DNA of 51,225 nt, from the NCBI GenBank assembly GCA_051294375.1, contig JBJCIZ010000065.1, positions 11,331-62,555 on the forward strand. The letters are read 5' to 3'. Position numbers and translations under genes: made by a program. Source of the DNA: Paraspadella gotoi. Taxonomy: Eukaryota; Animalia; Chaetognatha. Below are positions 37,412-48,762 of the stretch, piece by piece. Within the stretch, counting starts at the first letter, position 1. Each line of letters begins with the position of its first letter. The notes under the pieces are model-generated. The model had not been told where the DNA came from. It saw nothing but the letters and a program-made list of their open reading frames with translations, and searched no databases.

Positions 37412-39929
37412 ATGGCAATTTCCATGGCAAACTTGAACGCGGAATTCGATGCCATCGACTTGTCCGATCCAACTGCCGAGGGATCCTACAACATCATCCA
37501 CGCCCTCTCCAATCTCATCCCTCGTTACCGCAGTTTGGGGGAACCAGGGCAAAATAAAGCGGATGAAATCCTCTCACTCATCGAAGCCAAGCGAGAGCAA
37601 CTCAGGTCGGCGATGAAGCTAACGAAAGATTCAAAAATAAGAGACTCTCTCAACGATTCTGTGCGCTTTGCCCAATTCACCATCCGACGTCTGAAAAAAG
37701 CTCAAGCCCCGGAGGCAACTTCGGGACTTCTCGACGCTTCAGAGGATGAAACGGATCCAAAGAGTATTCTCTCTCCGGCACGGGAGGACAGTCGTAAAAA
37801 AATGTATACGGAATTAAAAGACATGGCGAGTGCCCTGACTTCACGCCTTGAGGATTCGTCAATCGATCTCACCACTCCGGACACAGCCCATTCAAATCTC
37901 AAAACCAAAGACGGATCTTGGGACGATCAAGGTTTCACGACTTATTGTGATCAACTCAAAGCCGTACAGGAATTGAAGAATCAAATAGAAAGAATGAGCT
38001 CTCATTATGACGAAGAGGTGAAGAAGAGAAAAAGGGAAATTGATCATGAGATGGAGGTTATGGAAAAAACCAGATCAAATGGGTTAAAGGAATTAGACGA
38101 TAAAATCAAAAGTGAAGAGGAGAAGGCCCAAGCCTTAAAAACTCCTATTATACCTCAGGATTTCTCGACTCCAGAAGCTTCTGAAGATGATGATTAGCGA
38201 TGATGAAAATCAAGAAGAAGAAGAAGTCCAATGGGATGTAGTCGGTATGGACGAGTTCAGACAATTTCAAACCGAACTATCACAAATCCTCTCCAATTTC
38301 AGCACTCGTATTGACCAAAACACTAGGCTGGCAATTGAAGCTGATACCAAAGCATCTAATCAAGCTCAAGCCAATGATTGCAAATGTTTAAGGATCATGG
38401 AAGAACAAAACAAACGCATCAAGGCTCTCGAAAAGGAGGTGAAAAGACTTCAGACAGGTCAAGGAGATAGAAGAGTTAGCTTTGGAGGCACAGCCATTAA
38501 ATGTATCACTCCACCGCTCTCTTCAACACTTATCCAACCTCCACAGTCTCTACCACCCCAGCTTGAAGAAACTATGAATGCTTCACCAATCCAGCACGAA
38601 CCAAATCTAAACTCCAATCAAACAGAACCAGGTCAACCTGCCGCAGCTGCTCCAGCCGCTCTAGCTGCTCAGACCTCTTCAATAAATACAGAGGCTCTAG
38701 TGGCTCAATCCAAAGAGCACCCTTTTCTCCAAGCATTTGTGGAACAAAATAGAAAGGTTAATATGCTTAGAACTGTGGAGCAGGGAAGACCTAAGGCACT
38801 TTTTGATGGGGAATCAAAACAAGTGATATTTGAACTACACATGAGGTCATATGAAACTATTATGCAAGAAGCTGAGGCCACAGACAATGTCAAACTCCAC
38901 GAATTAGAACATTGGTTCAAAGGCTTAGCTTACATGAAAGTAGCCAAATTCACTTTTAGACCTGACAAAGAACAAGTATTTAAAGATGCCATCGACACCC
39001 TTAGGAGAGAGTATGGAAAGAAAGACGCCAACGTTCACGACATGCTTCGCGATGTCCTCAGCAAGGCTAAAGTCCCACCTGGCAACAAAACAGAACTGGA
39101 CAAGCTCGCTACCGAGCTGGAGAACGTCAAAGCCATGGCAGATGAAAATGGAAAAGGGAAGGATCTTGACAAGGACACCGTCATCAGTGAGATTCTTGAT
39201 GCCCGATGTGAACATCTTAAAATGGACTTTGCTAAGAAAGACGCCGATCATCAAATGGAAAAAGGGATAAAATACAACTTTGAGGAATTCATCAAGTTTC
39301 TCAAGACCCGTATTCTTCTGGAAAAGGGCGCCTATGCAAAAACAGGAAAAAAGAAGCTAACTATTGATGTCCCAGCCATGGACTCCAACAATCGGGATGA
39401 AAACGACGGGGGTCAGAAATCTCCAAGGAAATCTCCTCAGACTTCTCCAACAGCCCGTCGAGCATCTCGGAGCTTAAGAGCAAAGAAAGAAGACACAGAC
39501 GTTGCGTCTTTCTCCATCGATCCATGCAATTTCTGTCAAGGCAATCATGCAATGGAGGCTTGCAAAACATTCAAAAGGCTCAATGAAACTGAAAAGGGAG
39601 AGCTAATTAAAAAAAACAAAATTTGCACCCGTTGTTTTGACACAGGCCATAAACCAAAAACGTGCGATTTACCTGATGTTCAATGCATTATCTGTGATGG
39701 AAATCATGATACCTTCTTCCATGGAGTGTCATTCCCAAAGACTTACCAACCAAACAACACTAAAACCAATTCAAGCCACAACCAGTCACGCCAAAGTTCC
39801 CAAGGTCGACCTCAACAGTCTCGCAATCAGCGGACTACCACACTCAACATTACACCACTGCCCAACAACAATTCCTACCGCACCCCACCACGCCCAAATC
39901 CTCCCGAATTGGAAGGAGGGCAAGCATGA
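37412..39929 (+). CDS. gag: BEL/Pao Gag (coiled-coil N-terminus, DUF1759-like region, three Cys/His knuckles); frameshift at ~38190
   Basis: LFDGES...KLHELEHWFKGLA...DAIDTLRREYG; CNFCQGNHAMEAC, CTRCFDTGHKPKTC, CIICDGNHDTFFH. Confidence 0.9.
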
Positions 39930-42900
39930 CAAGTCTGCTATTCTGGGGTAGGGGGGGCATATAGACCAATAGTCCCAGTGGTCGTTGAGCATTGTGGACG
40001 ACGGAAACAGACCTATGCCATGATTGATACTGGAGCCAGCCGATGTGTAATCCAAGAATCCATAGTCAGAGAACTCAAAATGATAGAGAAGGAAGAACAC
40101 ATGAGAGTTAGATCCTTTGACTCAATCACTACTGGCAGCAAACGACTTGTGGATATGAATTTGGAAAATATTGAACAGGACTTTTCAATCAGCTTAAGAG
40201 ATTGCATGGTTGCCGATCTGCTTACCACTGAAGACGAATTTCCTCCAACAAATGCTGAAATACAAGGATATTCGCATATGGAAGGAGTCAGCTTTCCAGA
40301 ACTTCAACACAGAGAAATTGAAGTGCTGATTCCTGCGACACTTTCCTACACCTACACAGCAGGAGAAACTCGTGAAGGACCAACGGATCAACCAATAGCC
40401 AAATGTACTGACTTTGGCTGGACACTGATGGGTCCAAGAAGCAGCATGAAAGAAGAAGATTTGGATTGCGCAAATATGGCTTCAGAATTTACAGAGGAAG
40501 ATGAGAAAACTATTCGAGATGACATACAAAGACTCATCAACATGGATTTTGAAGCCACGAATTCAGCAAAACTCAAACCTTCTCTTAATGATGAATACGC
40601 CATGCATCAGCTGAAGTCCACAATCAGATTTGATCCCGACATTGGCCACTACGTGGTCGGACTCCCCTGGAAAGAAGGCAGGAAAAAATCAGCCCAAATC
40701 CTAAACTCTAGAGACTCTGGAGGCATGGCTCTCAATCGACTTAACTCCCTGATGCGCAAGCTCAACAAAGACCCATAAATGAGAGAAAAGGTCTGGGAGG
40801 AAATCAAAAAAAAATGAAGAAGTACCTGAAGGCATTCCAAAGTGGGTTCTCCCACTTCACGTGGTCATCCGCAAAGACATGAACAAAGTCAGGGTTTGTC
40901 ATGATGCTCGAGCTTCAGTTAAAGGAAAATGCCTTAATGACGAGCTTTTGACTGGACCTGACTTGATGAACAGTTTGATTGCCATCCTGCTTCGTTTCCG
41001 ACGTCACAAGGTCGCGATCAACGCCGACATCAAAATGTTCTTCCATCAGGTCTTCATTGACGAGGATGATGTACACGTCTTCAGATATTGGTGGTGGGAG
41101 GACAAGGAGTGCACCAAGCTCGCCTTGTTCGAGCTGAAGGTTCATATCTTTGGAGCAACCTCCTCCCCAGTCGCCGCCAACTTCACTCTCCACACCCAAT
41201 CCCTCAGAGGAGAATTCTCTGATGAAGTGATTGAGGCAATCCTCAAAGCTTTCTACGTCGATGACTTCATCAGCTCCGTCCCGGATGCAGAGACGGCAAA
41301 AAAGCTGAAAAACGACTTGGTCAAAGCTATGGCTAAAGGAGGATTTGAACTTGGCAAGTGGAAATGCTCTGACCCTTCGGTTTTGGAAGAGAAGGAGACT
41401 ACAAGCCAACCTTTATCATTTGAACAACGAGAGTCTTCAACTACAGCACCAGCCAATTAAGTCCAAGAGACAGCTTCTCTCCATGACTGCAAGCTTATAT
41501 GACCCTCTTGGACTGATCTCACCCTTTGTTTTAAGAGGACGGATTCTATTCCAAAAAGCTACTGCTCTAAATTTGGGCTGGGATGAAATTTGACCCAATG
41601 ACCTTTTGCTAGAAATTAACGCCTGGATGAGCGAGCTCCCTGAGCTAGAAAAGATCAACATTCCCCGATGGATAGCCACGCCGGAAACTACAAATGAACC
41701 TCCAGAACTCCATTTTTTTTGTGATGCTTCAATTGACGGCTATGGAGTCTCAGTCTACAGGAGGGCATGTTCAAAAGGCGGGGGCGATCCTCATGTTGCT
41801 TTTCTTTTCTCAAAGGCAAAGGTCACTCCATTGGATTCAGTCAAAACAGGTCACCATAACTGTATCCCAAAACTAGAATTAACAGCCGCCAGATTAGCGG
41901 CAGAGATTTGCCAGATGATCATTGAAGAATGCCCAAAAGAAAACTTTGCAAAAATTGTTATGTGGACTGATAGTGAAACTGTCCTCAAACAAATCCGTGA
42001 TAGAAAAACAAGGTTCAATGTCTTCATAAAAAATCGACTATCTCGAATTCACGAATTCACAAATGTTGAAGACTGGAGATATGTACCAACCAAAGAAAAC
42101 CCAGCCGACGATTGCAGCCGTGGGCTAAATGTGAAAGACGAAAAGTGGAAAAGATTCCATCTGGGTCCAGCTTTTCTAAAGCTTCCAGAAGAGGAATGGC
42201 CTGCCAATACGGTGGAGATGGAACCGCTTCCATATGATGTAAAGATATGCTCCATCAATATTAAAATCTATGAAACTGCCAAACACGAGCCAAACGATCA
42301 TTGGGCTATCCGGATTGCAAAGAAAACGGGTCAATACTTCCGCAAACTTAAGCTTATTGCAAGGTTTGAAAAAGCGGTAAAAACAATGTTTCGTCCAGAC
42401 TTTTCTGAATCTAAAGAAAAAGGCCAAAGAATCTCTCAAACCGATATTGACCAAGCTGAGAACACTCTGATTAAAGCATTACAAGCTGCTTACTACGGAA
42501 AAGAGCTCAAAGAATTGGTTAAGAAATCTGTCTTCACACCAAACAGCTCTTCAGAACTGAATCTCAAGAATTCCACTCTCAAACATCTCGACCCCTTCAT
42601 CGATAGGAACGGAGTCATGAGAGTAGGGGGGAGATTAAGTAATTCCGACTTACAATATAACACGAAATTTCCCATAATTCTTTCCAAAGAAGATTCCATA
42701 GTTCAAAATTTAATCCGTTTCAAGCACATAGGTGAGTGTCACTCAACCACCAACCAGACTATCACGACAATCAAAAAAAAATATCACATTCCATCAATTC
42801 GTCAACATGTAAAAAAAAATGTAAACCGATGTATCACTTGTCAAAAAAACCGGAAATCTCCAGCGATGCAAAAAATGGCACCGCTACCGGAAGAGCGCCT

Positions 42901-43813
42901 AAAAAAGGGCGCCCCATTTGAGATTACCGGCGTCGACATGTTTGGACCCTACAAGATCAAAATTGCTGGACGAGCAGTTCATAAACGATGGGTTGCGCTA
43001 TTCACTTGCCTCCAAGTTCGAGCCGTCCATTTTGAAATACTTGACGATATCTCGAGCTCATCGTTCATCAACGCCCTCATCCGTTTCAACTCGCGCCGAC
43101 CAGGATCAAAAAAATTCTTCAGTGACAACGGGACGAATTTCCGTCGCGCTGATATCGAGCTCAAAATCGCCGTTGAATCTTGGCAAAGCGAGGAAACTTG
43201 CAATAAAATGATTGAATATGGAATCGAATGGACTTTTGGCCCTCCAAATGCTCCACACTGGGGCGGAGTCTGGGAAAGGCTAGTTCAATCGACGAAACGA
43301 CATCTCGATTGTGTCATCAAAAAAGACAATCTTCCTCTAGAAACCTTTTCCACGTTTCTCATAGCCGTCGAAGGAATTATGAATCGACGCTCTCTCACTC
43401 CATCAAGCGACGACGATTAAGACGCTCTCACACCAGCTGATTTTCTCTATCCTGGAGTCTATGCTGGTTCTCGCCCGGTCATTGTCCCTCCTGAATCCCT
43501 TTCAGGCGATGATCTTAGAACCGAATGGAAAAGAGCGCGAAGACTCATCAAGGAATATTGGAAGAGGTGGTCTGAAGAATATTTAACTACACTTCAATCC
43601 AGAGAAAAGTGGACAAAAACAGAGGAAAACATCAAAGTCGATCAACTCATTTTAATCGTCGATGAAAATCTCCCAAGAGATGAGTGGAAACTTGGTAGAG
43701 TTGATAGCGTGGCTGAGAAAAATGGTCATGTAAGACGAATGATTATTCGTACAGCCAATGGAAAATTCTTTGAAAGAGACAGAACAAAGATTGTGGCTCT
43801 CGAAGTTGACTGA
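39930..43813 (+). pseudogene. pol: BEL/Pao Pol: aspartic protease, RT, Pao-type RNase H, integrase, C-terminal DUF5641-like domain (several stops and frameshifts)
   Basis: YAMIDTGAS; KVRVCHDA, LNDELLTGPDL, DIKMFFHQV, FGATSSP, FYVDDF; YDPLGLISP; HFFCDAS, IPKLELTAA, WTDS, NPADDCSRG; GVDMFGP, SDNGTNF, GGVWERLV; WKRWSEEYL..LQSREKW. Confidence 0.95.
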
Positions 43814-44170
43814 GTTCATTTTTCTAAAATCTTCACGCTTCCACTTTCATTTCTCAAATCAATTAAATCCAAATCTAAATTTAAAAACAATTCGCAAAAC
43901 AGAATTAACAATTCTTTTTCGAATCAAAATTAATTCTCATTTTTACGCTAAAATTCAGCGCTAAAGGATGTTCATTAATTAGTGAGATTTGCAAAATAAT
44001 AATCAAAGATCATTAAATTTTCATTAACAACAGAAACTTTATTTGATTAAATTAATATAAAAACCATTACTGTTAGAGTACGGTTTAATATCAATTCCTC
44101 TTGGTGCGAAGTTAACCCTTTTAACGACATCTAATGGAATGTCATAATTTTTTAGATGCTAAGAAAAATT

Positions 44171-44691
44171 ATCAACTCGTAGCTTAGTCAATTAGTCAAT
44201 TAGTCACTTGGTCATTATGTCATTTTAGTCACGTTTAGTCATTTAGTCATTACATCATTATGTCATTACTTTTTTACGTCATTTTATATCGTTTTAAGTC
44301 AAATGTCCAATGCTTATTGTCTGGGTAATGTTTAGTCATGTTTAATCCTTTAGTCATTACGTCATAACGTCATTTACGTCATTTTATGTCATTGTCATTA
44401 TGTCGTTTTCTGTTTAGTCATGTTTAGTCATTACGTCATAAAGTCATTTATGTCATTGTCATTATGTCGTTTTCTGTTTAGTCATGTTTAGTCCTTTAGT
44501 CATTACGTCATTACGTCATTTACGTCATTGTCATTATATCGTTTTCTGTTTAGTCATGTTTAGTCCTTTAGTCATTACGTCATAACGTCATTTATGTCAT
44601 TTTTGTCATTGTGTCATTATGTCGTTTTTCTGTCATTTGATTTTAATAATAAAAAAAAAGTTCAAAAAAAAAAAAAAAATCAACTCGTAGC
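44171..44691 (+). repeat. GTCAT-rich tandem array ending in poly(A), flanked by a 13-bp direct repeat (ATCAACTCGTAGC)
   Basis: Direct repeats at 44171-44183 and 44679-44691; A-tract 44651-44679; internal ~50-65-bp higher-order units. Confidence 0.85.
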
Positions 44692-44822
44692 ACATTGGTT
44701 AATATTGGTTTTTATATTGCCTTTTATTTTTCACTAGTGCCCTGATATTCTCTCGAAACCTTTACCTTGTTCAAACTGAACAATTTTGATTCACTTCAGA
44801 ACTCTTTTCTACTCAATAGAAG

Positions 44823-45552
44823 ATGATGCCAACACCAAAATTCGACGATTTCTGTGGTGCCCGCTACTATGTTGAAGAGGAGGGTCACGCAATCATGGTC
44901 GGCGGTCACCGCACCGTTGCCATTGAACTCTTCCCAACGGCCACTCGGAACAAGGAATCCCTTCTCTGGCTCGCCCGCCTCAATTTCCTCAATCGGAATC
45001 CGGAATATCGTTTTCTAACCAACGAATCGGAGGAAGGAGTGGACGAGCTGATTGGACCATAGATTGAAGCTTCATGGAATGTGATTGGCATCGATATCCA
45101 AGGACGACCAGCAAAGGCGATGCAGGCGTGGCAACTGCTCCAGTTTGAAGCACCAAAGTTCGCGATGCTGCCGAAGGACATGTTCCTCAACCTCAGCCCA
45201 ATCCAACGGAAAAGCGATCGTGTTCTCGATGAATTTCTTCGTCGGGATCGTGAATCAATGGACCAGGCAATTTCCGAACTACCTGCCGTCATTGCAAAGT
45301 CAAAAGAGATCGAGCACAAGCGCTTTGGTAATAGTTTGGACTGCTTTCCAACCGCCACCTCGTCCCCAAAACCCACCGTTCCAGGTGGAGGAATACAGAG
45401 AGATGGAAACGCCTTGTTCTAATTTTTGGCGCGATTTGGGCAAGTTGGCGCCGTGGTTGGATATCAGTAATTATTATCTCGACCACCCCTTGTTCGTCAA
45501 CGCTTTTCCGAAAACCCGAAAGATTCTGCTGGCTTACCGAGAGAGAAACCGG
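44823..45552 (+). pseudogene. Accessory ORF 3' of BEL integrase, unknown function (one in-frame stop, one frameshift)
   Basis: TTGATTCACTTCAG acceptor ~24 nt before the ATG. ORFs 44823-45062 and 45081-45422 are in the same frame, continue in the 45085 frame, and end at a GTGAGA donor-like site. Confidence 0.55.
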
Positions 45553-45659
45553 GTGAGAGTCGGATTTTTAAAGGTATTTTTTCCCCTTTTTTTTCCTGTT
45601 GGTAACGTGGTCTGTGGCCCTCAAAAGATGACGGATAGAGAGCTGGATTATGCATAATC

Positions 45660-45963
45660 TGTCTAATTAGTATTTGAAGTTACCTGAAATAATTGTAGAT
45701 TGCCCAAGTTGTAAATGTAATTTAAACCATGATAAAATATTACGTCTTAATCCCTTGAATCTAAAAATGGAATGCACTTAATTCTCTGCCTCCTTCCCGT
45801 CTCTCTTCCTTTGTTTATCTAATTCACTAAATGTTTACAAAATAAGAGCCGAGCTCTGAGAATCTACAGGATATTAAACTTTGAGACTAAGAATATTTAG
45901 AGAGACAAAATTTGAAACTAAAAGTTAATTACTAAATGGAGGCTAATTAAAATATTACTGACA
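45660..45963 (-). repeat. 3' LTR of the minus-strand Gypsy element (~304 bp; alternative end ~45597)
   Basis: Begins TGTCAGTAAT directly after the PPT and ends ...ATTAGACA (TGTC...GACA termini). Confidence 0.6.
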
Positions 45964-45973
45964 TCTCCCCCCC
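45964..45973 (-). promoter_or_regulatory. Polypurine tract GGGGGGGAGA
   Basis: Reverse complement of TCTCCCCCCC abutting the TGT LTR start. Confidence 0.75.
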
Positions 45974-46437
45974 AAAACAATTTTTTGTAACAGGCAGGTA
46001 AAAATAACAATGTGTACAAATGATCACATGTAAAGCACTAGCACAAATAATCACAATAGTTATAACAGTATTACAATTGATCACATATAGCTAAATATAG
46101 GAAAATAAATCAAGAACGAAAATAAATCGACGCTGCATTTAAAATGAAATCGTAGCGAAATATAAAATTGTTTTGAGAACGAATCGAACTGTCGGCCAAA
46201 CAGTTCGAGAAAAGTTACAATTAAATCAATCTTATTTTGGATCCACACAAAACATAAACAAACATTCACAAAAACATTCACACCGCAATATCTCGATCGT
46301 CCATCGTTCGAATCATTCGCTTTCGATCTATTTTCGATATCTCATCAAATCTTATCGCTTTGATTCAAATCGACCTGATTGGTTCGTCTAGTCGTTTCAA
46401 TAAACCCATCTTCGCTCTTCCTACTCCTGAGCTCGAA

Positions 46438-47622
46438 ATGGTAAGTGTGACGGATAAGTTCAGTATCCTCTTCGAAAGTGCGCAAATTATAATTAAGAAT
46501 TTATTTCCTAAAATCGAATAAAACTTTAATTTCCGATAGCAAATTCCCATTTCTTCAATCAATAATGATTTTCATAATTGCACTTTTGTTTTTAAATGGC
46601 CTTTCGGAGACGAGCTCAGACGTGCTGAGCCCAGAGGAAGGGCTCGCATTGCTGTGCCGGCAGCCTCAGTTCGCTGAGGCCGTCGAGTGCCGCAATGTGG
46701 CTCTTCCGACGGGCGACGCCGTCTTTTTAACGGCGGCGGTCGGGGCGGCGACGACTCCGAATTTAATTTCGAGTTCGACGCCGTCTTCGGTCGTTCGCTC
46801 GTACGCAATGACGGCTCTAGAGAAGGTTTTAGTATCGATCGGCGGCTGCATAGGAACATATATCATTATCGTTTTTGTTTTGCGTTTCGGCGCAAAGATG
46901 GGTTGGGTTGATGCCCTCACCCTGGCGGCCAGTAGAGGGAGGGGGCCAGGTGCCAGGTGTGTGTGGCATGTCTACCAAAACCCGGAAGTGCCCGATAACG
47001 CTAGAGATGCAGTCGCGAAGGGTAAGAGATTCAGATGTCTAAGTTAACTATACTTCGATAGAGCCAGAGCGGGTTTTTACAAATGAATTTTAAATATCGA
47101 TTTGGTAAGAATTTTCATAACCTTAATTCAGAAAAATTTTTTTTCGTTTCAGTCTGCCGCGCCCTTTTACACGCTTCTCACCAAACTCGGATGGAAATAC
47201 GGGAAATCATGTTCGATTCCCGTCACGTCACAGGGTGTTTTCGGCATCTGTCAGCCCGACCATTCGACGCTCTCTTTGGTCGTTCTTGTCACGCTGTCTA
47301 TCATCTGTCTAGCCTTATTCATTGGCGTCGTCGTTCAGCAATGTCGTCGTTGCGTCGGTAAGTGACAGGTGCAAATTAATTCAGTGCTAACATGCAAAAT
47401 TTTGACCAACCATTGAAAAATGAAATTATGCAAATAGATCGTGCAGACAGATAGTAAAAAGGGTGCAAACAATTTGTGTATTCAGGAACGTCAAGTTCAA
47501 AGTATCGTCTGTCGGTCCCTTCTCTGCTCAGTCATCGCAACAAAAATAAGAAGCGTCCGGTCGCGCCTCAGCGCAAATCGAAAAACCAAATCGTCGACAT
47601 CGAAGATCATTCCGAAGTCTAG
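46438..47622 (+). CDS. Multi-exon gene for a signal-peptide and transmembrane protein, antisense inside the Gypsy element
   Basis: Introns 46441-46539 (ATG|GTAAGT), 47022-47152, 47358-47485 and a 3'UTR intron 47623-47727; AATAAA ~47811. Signal peptide MIFIIALLFLNGLSETSS; hydrophobic helices VLVSIGGCIGTYIIIVFVL and LSLVVLVTLSIICLALFIGVVV; basic tail. One or two 1-bp frame corrections are needed. Confidence 0.7.
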
Positions 47623-47979
47623 GTGAGAAAACATAAAATGTAAATATCTCGACCTAAATATAATCAATCGACATATCAATCGTATTATTCAATATTTTTA
47701 TTGCTAATATGTCAAACCATTTTCAGGTTGGTTGACTTCGATCGACAACATGACAACATGCATGTTATCATACCAATTTGTTAAGATATCGAATATCAAT
47801 ATTATCCATGAATAAATTTTCAAAGTAAAATTCCTTCTCATTTCGATATGATTTAAATTTAAAGTAAGATTATTCTTCTTTCAATGTGATATTTAACATC
47901 GATAGCTATCCACCGAAATTTATTTAATTTTTCTAAGTGAATCAATTCTATGTCTTTTGTTTACTTCAATCGTCGTCGA

Positions 47980-48624
47980 CTAGCGACGTTTGACAAAATT
48001 CGGCCAATCCAGTTTCTTCCACCCAGCGAAACGCGTGGAGCCCAGTACCCAAATCGGTCGTTCCCGGAACTGCTGGTCGGTATCACAAAACAGTAGGCGA
48101 TCAATGAGTTCCGCCAGCACCCGCGACCCTTGCGCGTTCAGGTGAGTTCGGTTGGCGTCGTACAAATTATTGTCTAATACTAATCGGCCGTATCTCTTTG
48201 TACGGAAACAGTTTTGCAATCCGTGTGAGTGCATGACGTCCATCTTGTACAATCTACTATCGATCTCGGACGCAGCTTGATTGAACGATTGCTTCCCATT
48301 TTTAAAATCCCGATTAATCAGTGACATAGTTATTATTCTCATACCCTGAAAACGGCACGCTGCTTCTTTTATAAAGAAGTCCAACTTATTGATGTAGTCG
48401 TCCGGATCCAGTTTCGGCGCCAAATCATTTCTGCCTCCGAGGAAAACTAAAGCTCGATAACGGATTTCGTTGCGGGCAGAGCTTCGAAGAAATGCGTGAA
48501 GCGGCCTCCACTAATTGCTGTTGTCGTCGTCCAGGGATGCAACCGTGAAGCCGGCTCACGTGACTATCGCCCAGGACCCAAAATTTGTCCGCCGCATTCT
48601 TGTCGACCGTCACCTTTTTACCAT
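47980..48624 (-). CDS. SGNH/GDSL-type hydrolase (esterase/lipase fold) accessory ORF, frameshifted in the 5' part
   Basis: Block I WVLGDSHV, block II AISGG, block III VFLGGRND, block V YDANRTHLNAQG. TTCTGTTCACAG acceptor at 48640, just upstream of the ATG. Confidence 0.85.
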
Positions 48625-48762
48625 GAAGCTGGTAAGTCGCTGTGAACAGAATATATTTTTTTTATTAATATTCGGTCATACGGTGAATCATTTTTATTTA
48701 TGTTTTTCACCGATTTGATTAAAATATTAATCACTATTAATTTTAATAATGATTTGATTCGC

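Larger units (their letters stand above)
36485..45600 (+). mobile_element. BEL/Pao LTR retrotransposon (3' end interrupted by another element's LTR)
   Basis: Complete gag-PR-RT-RH-IN-DUF5641-type domain order with BEL signatures. Confidence 0.93.
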
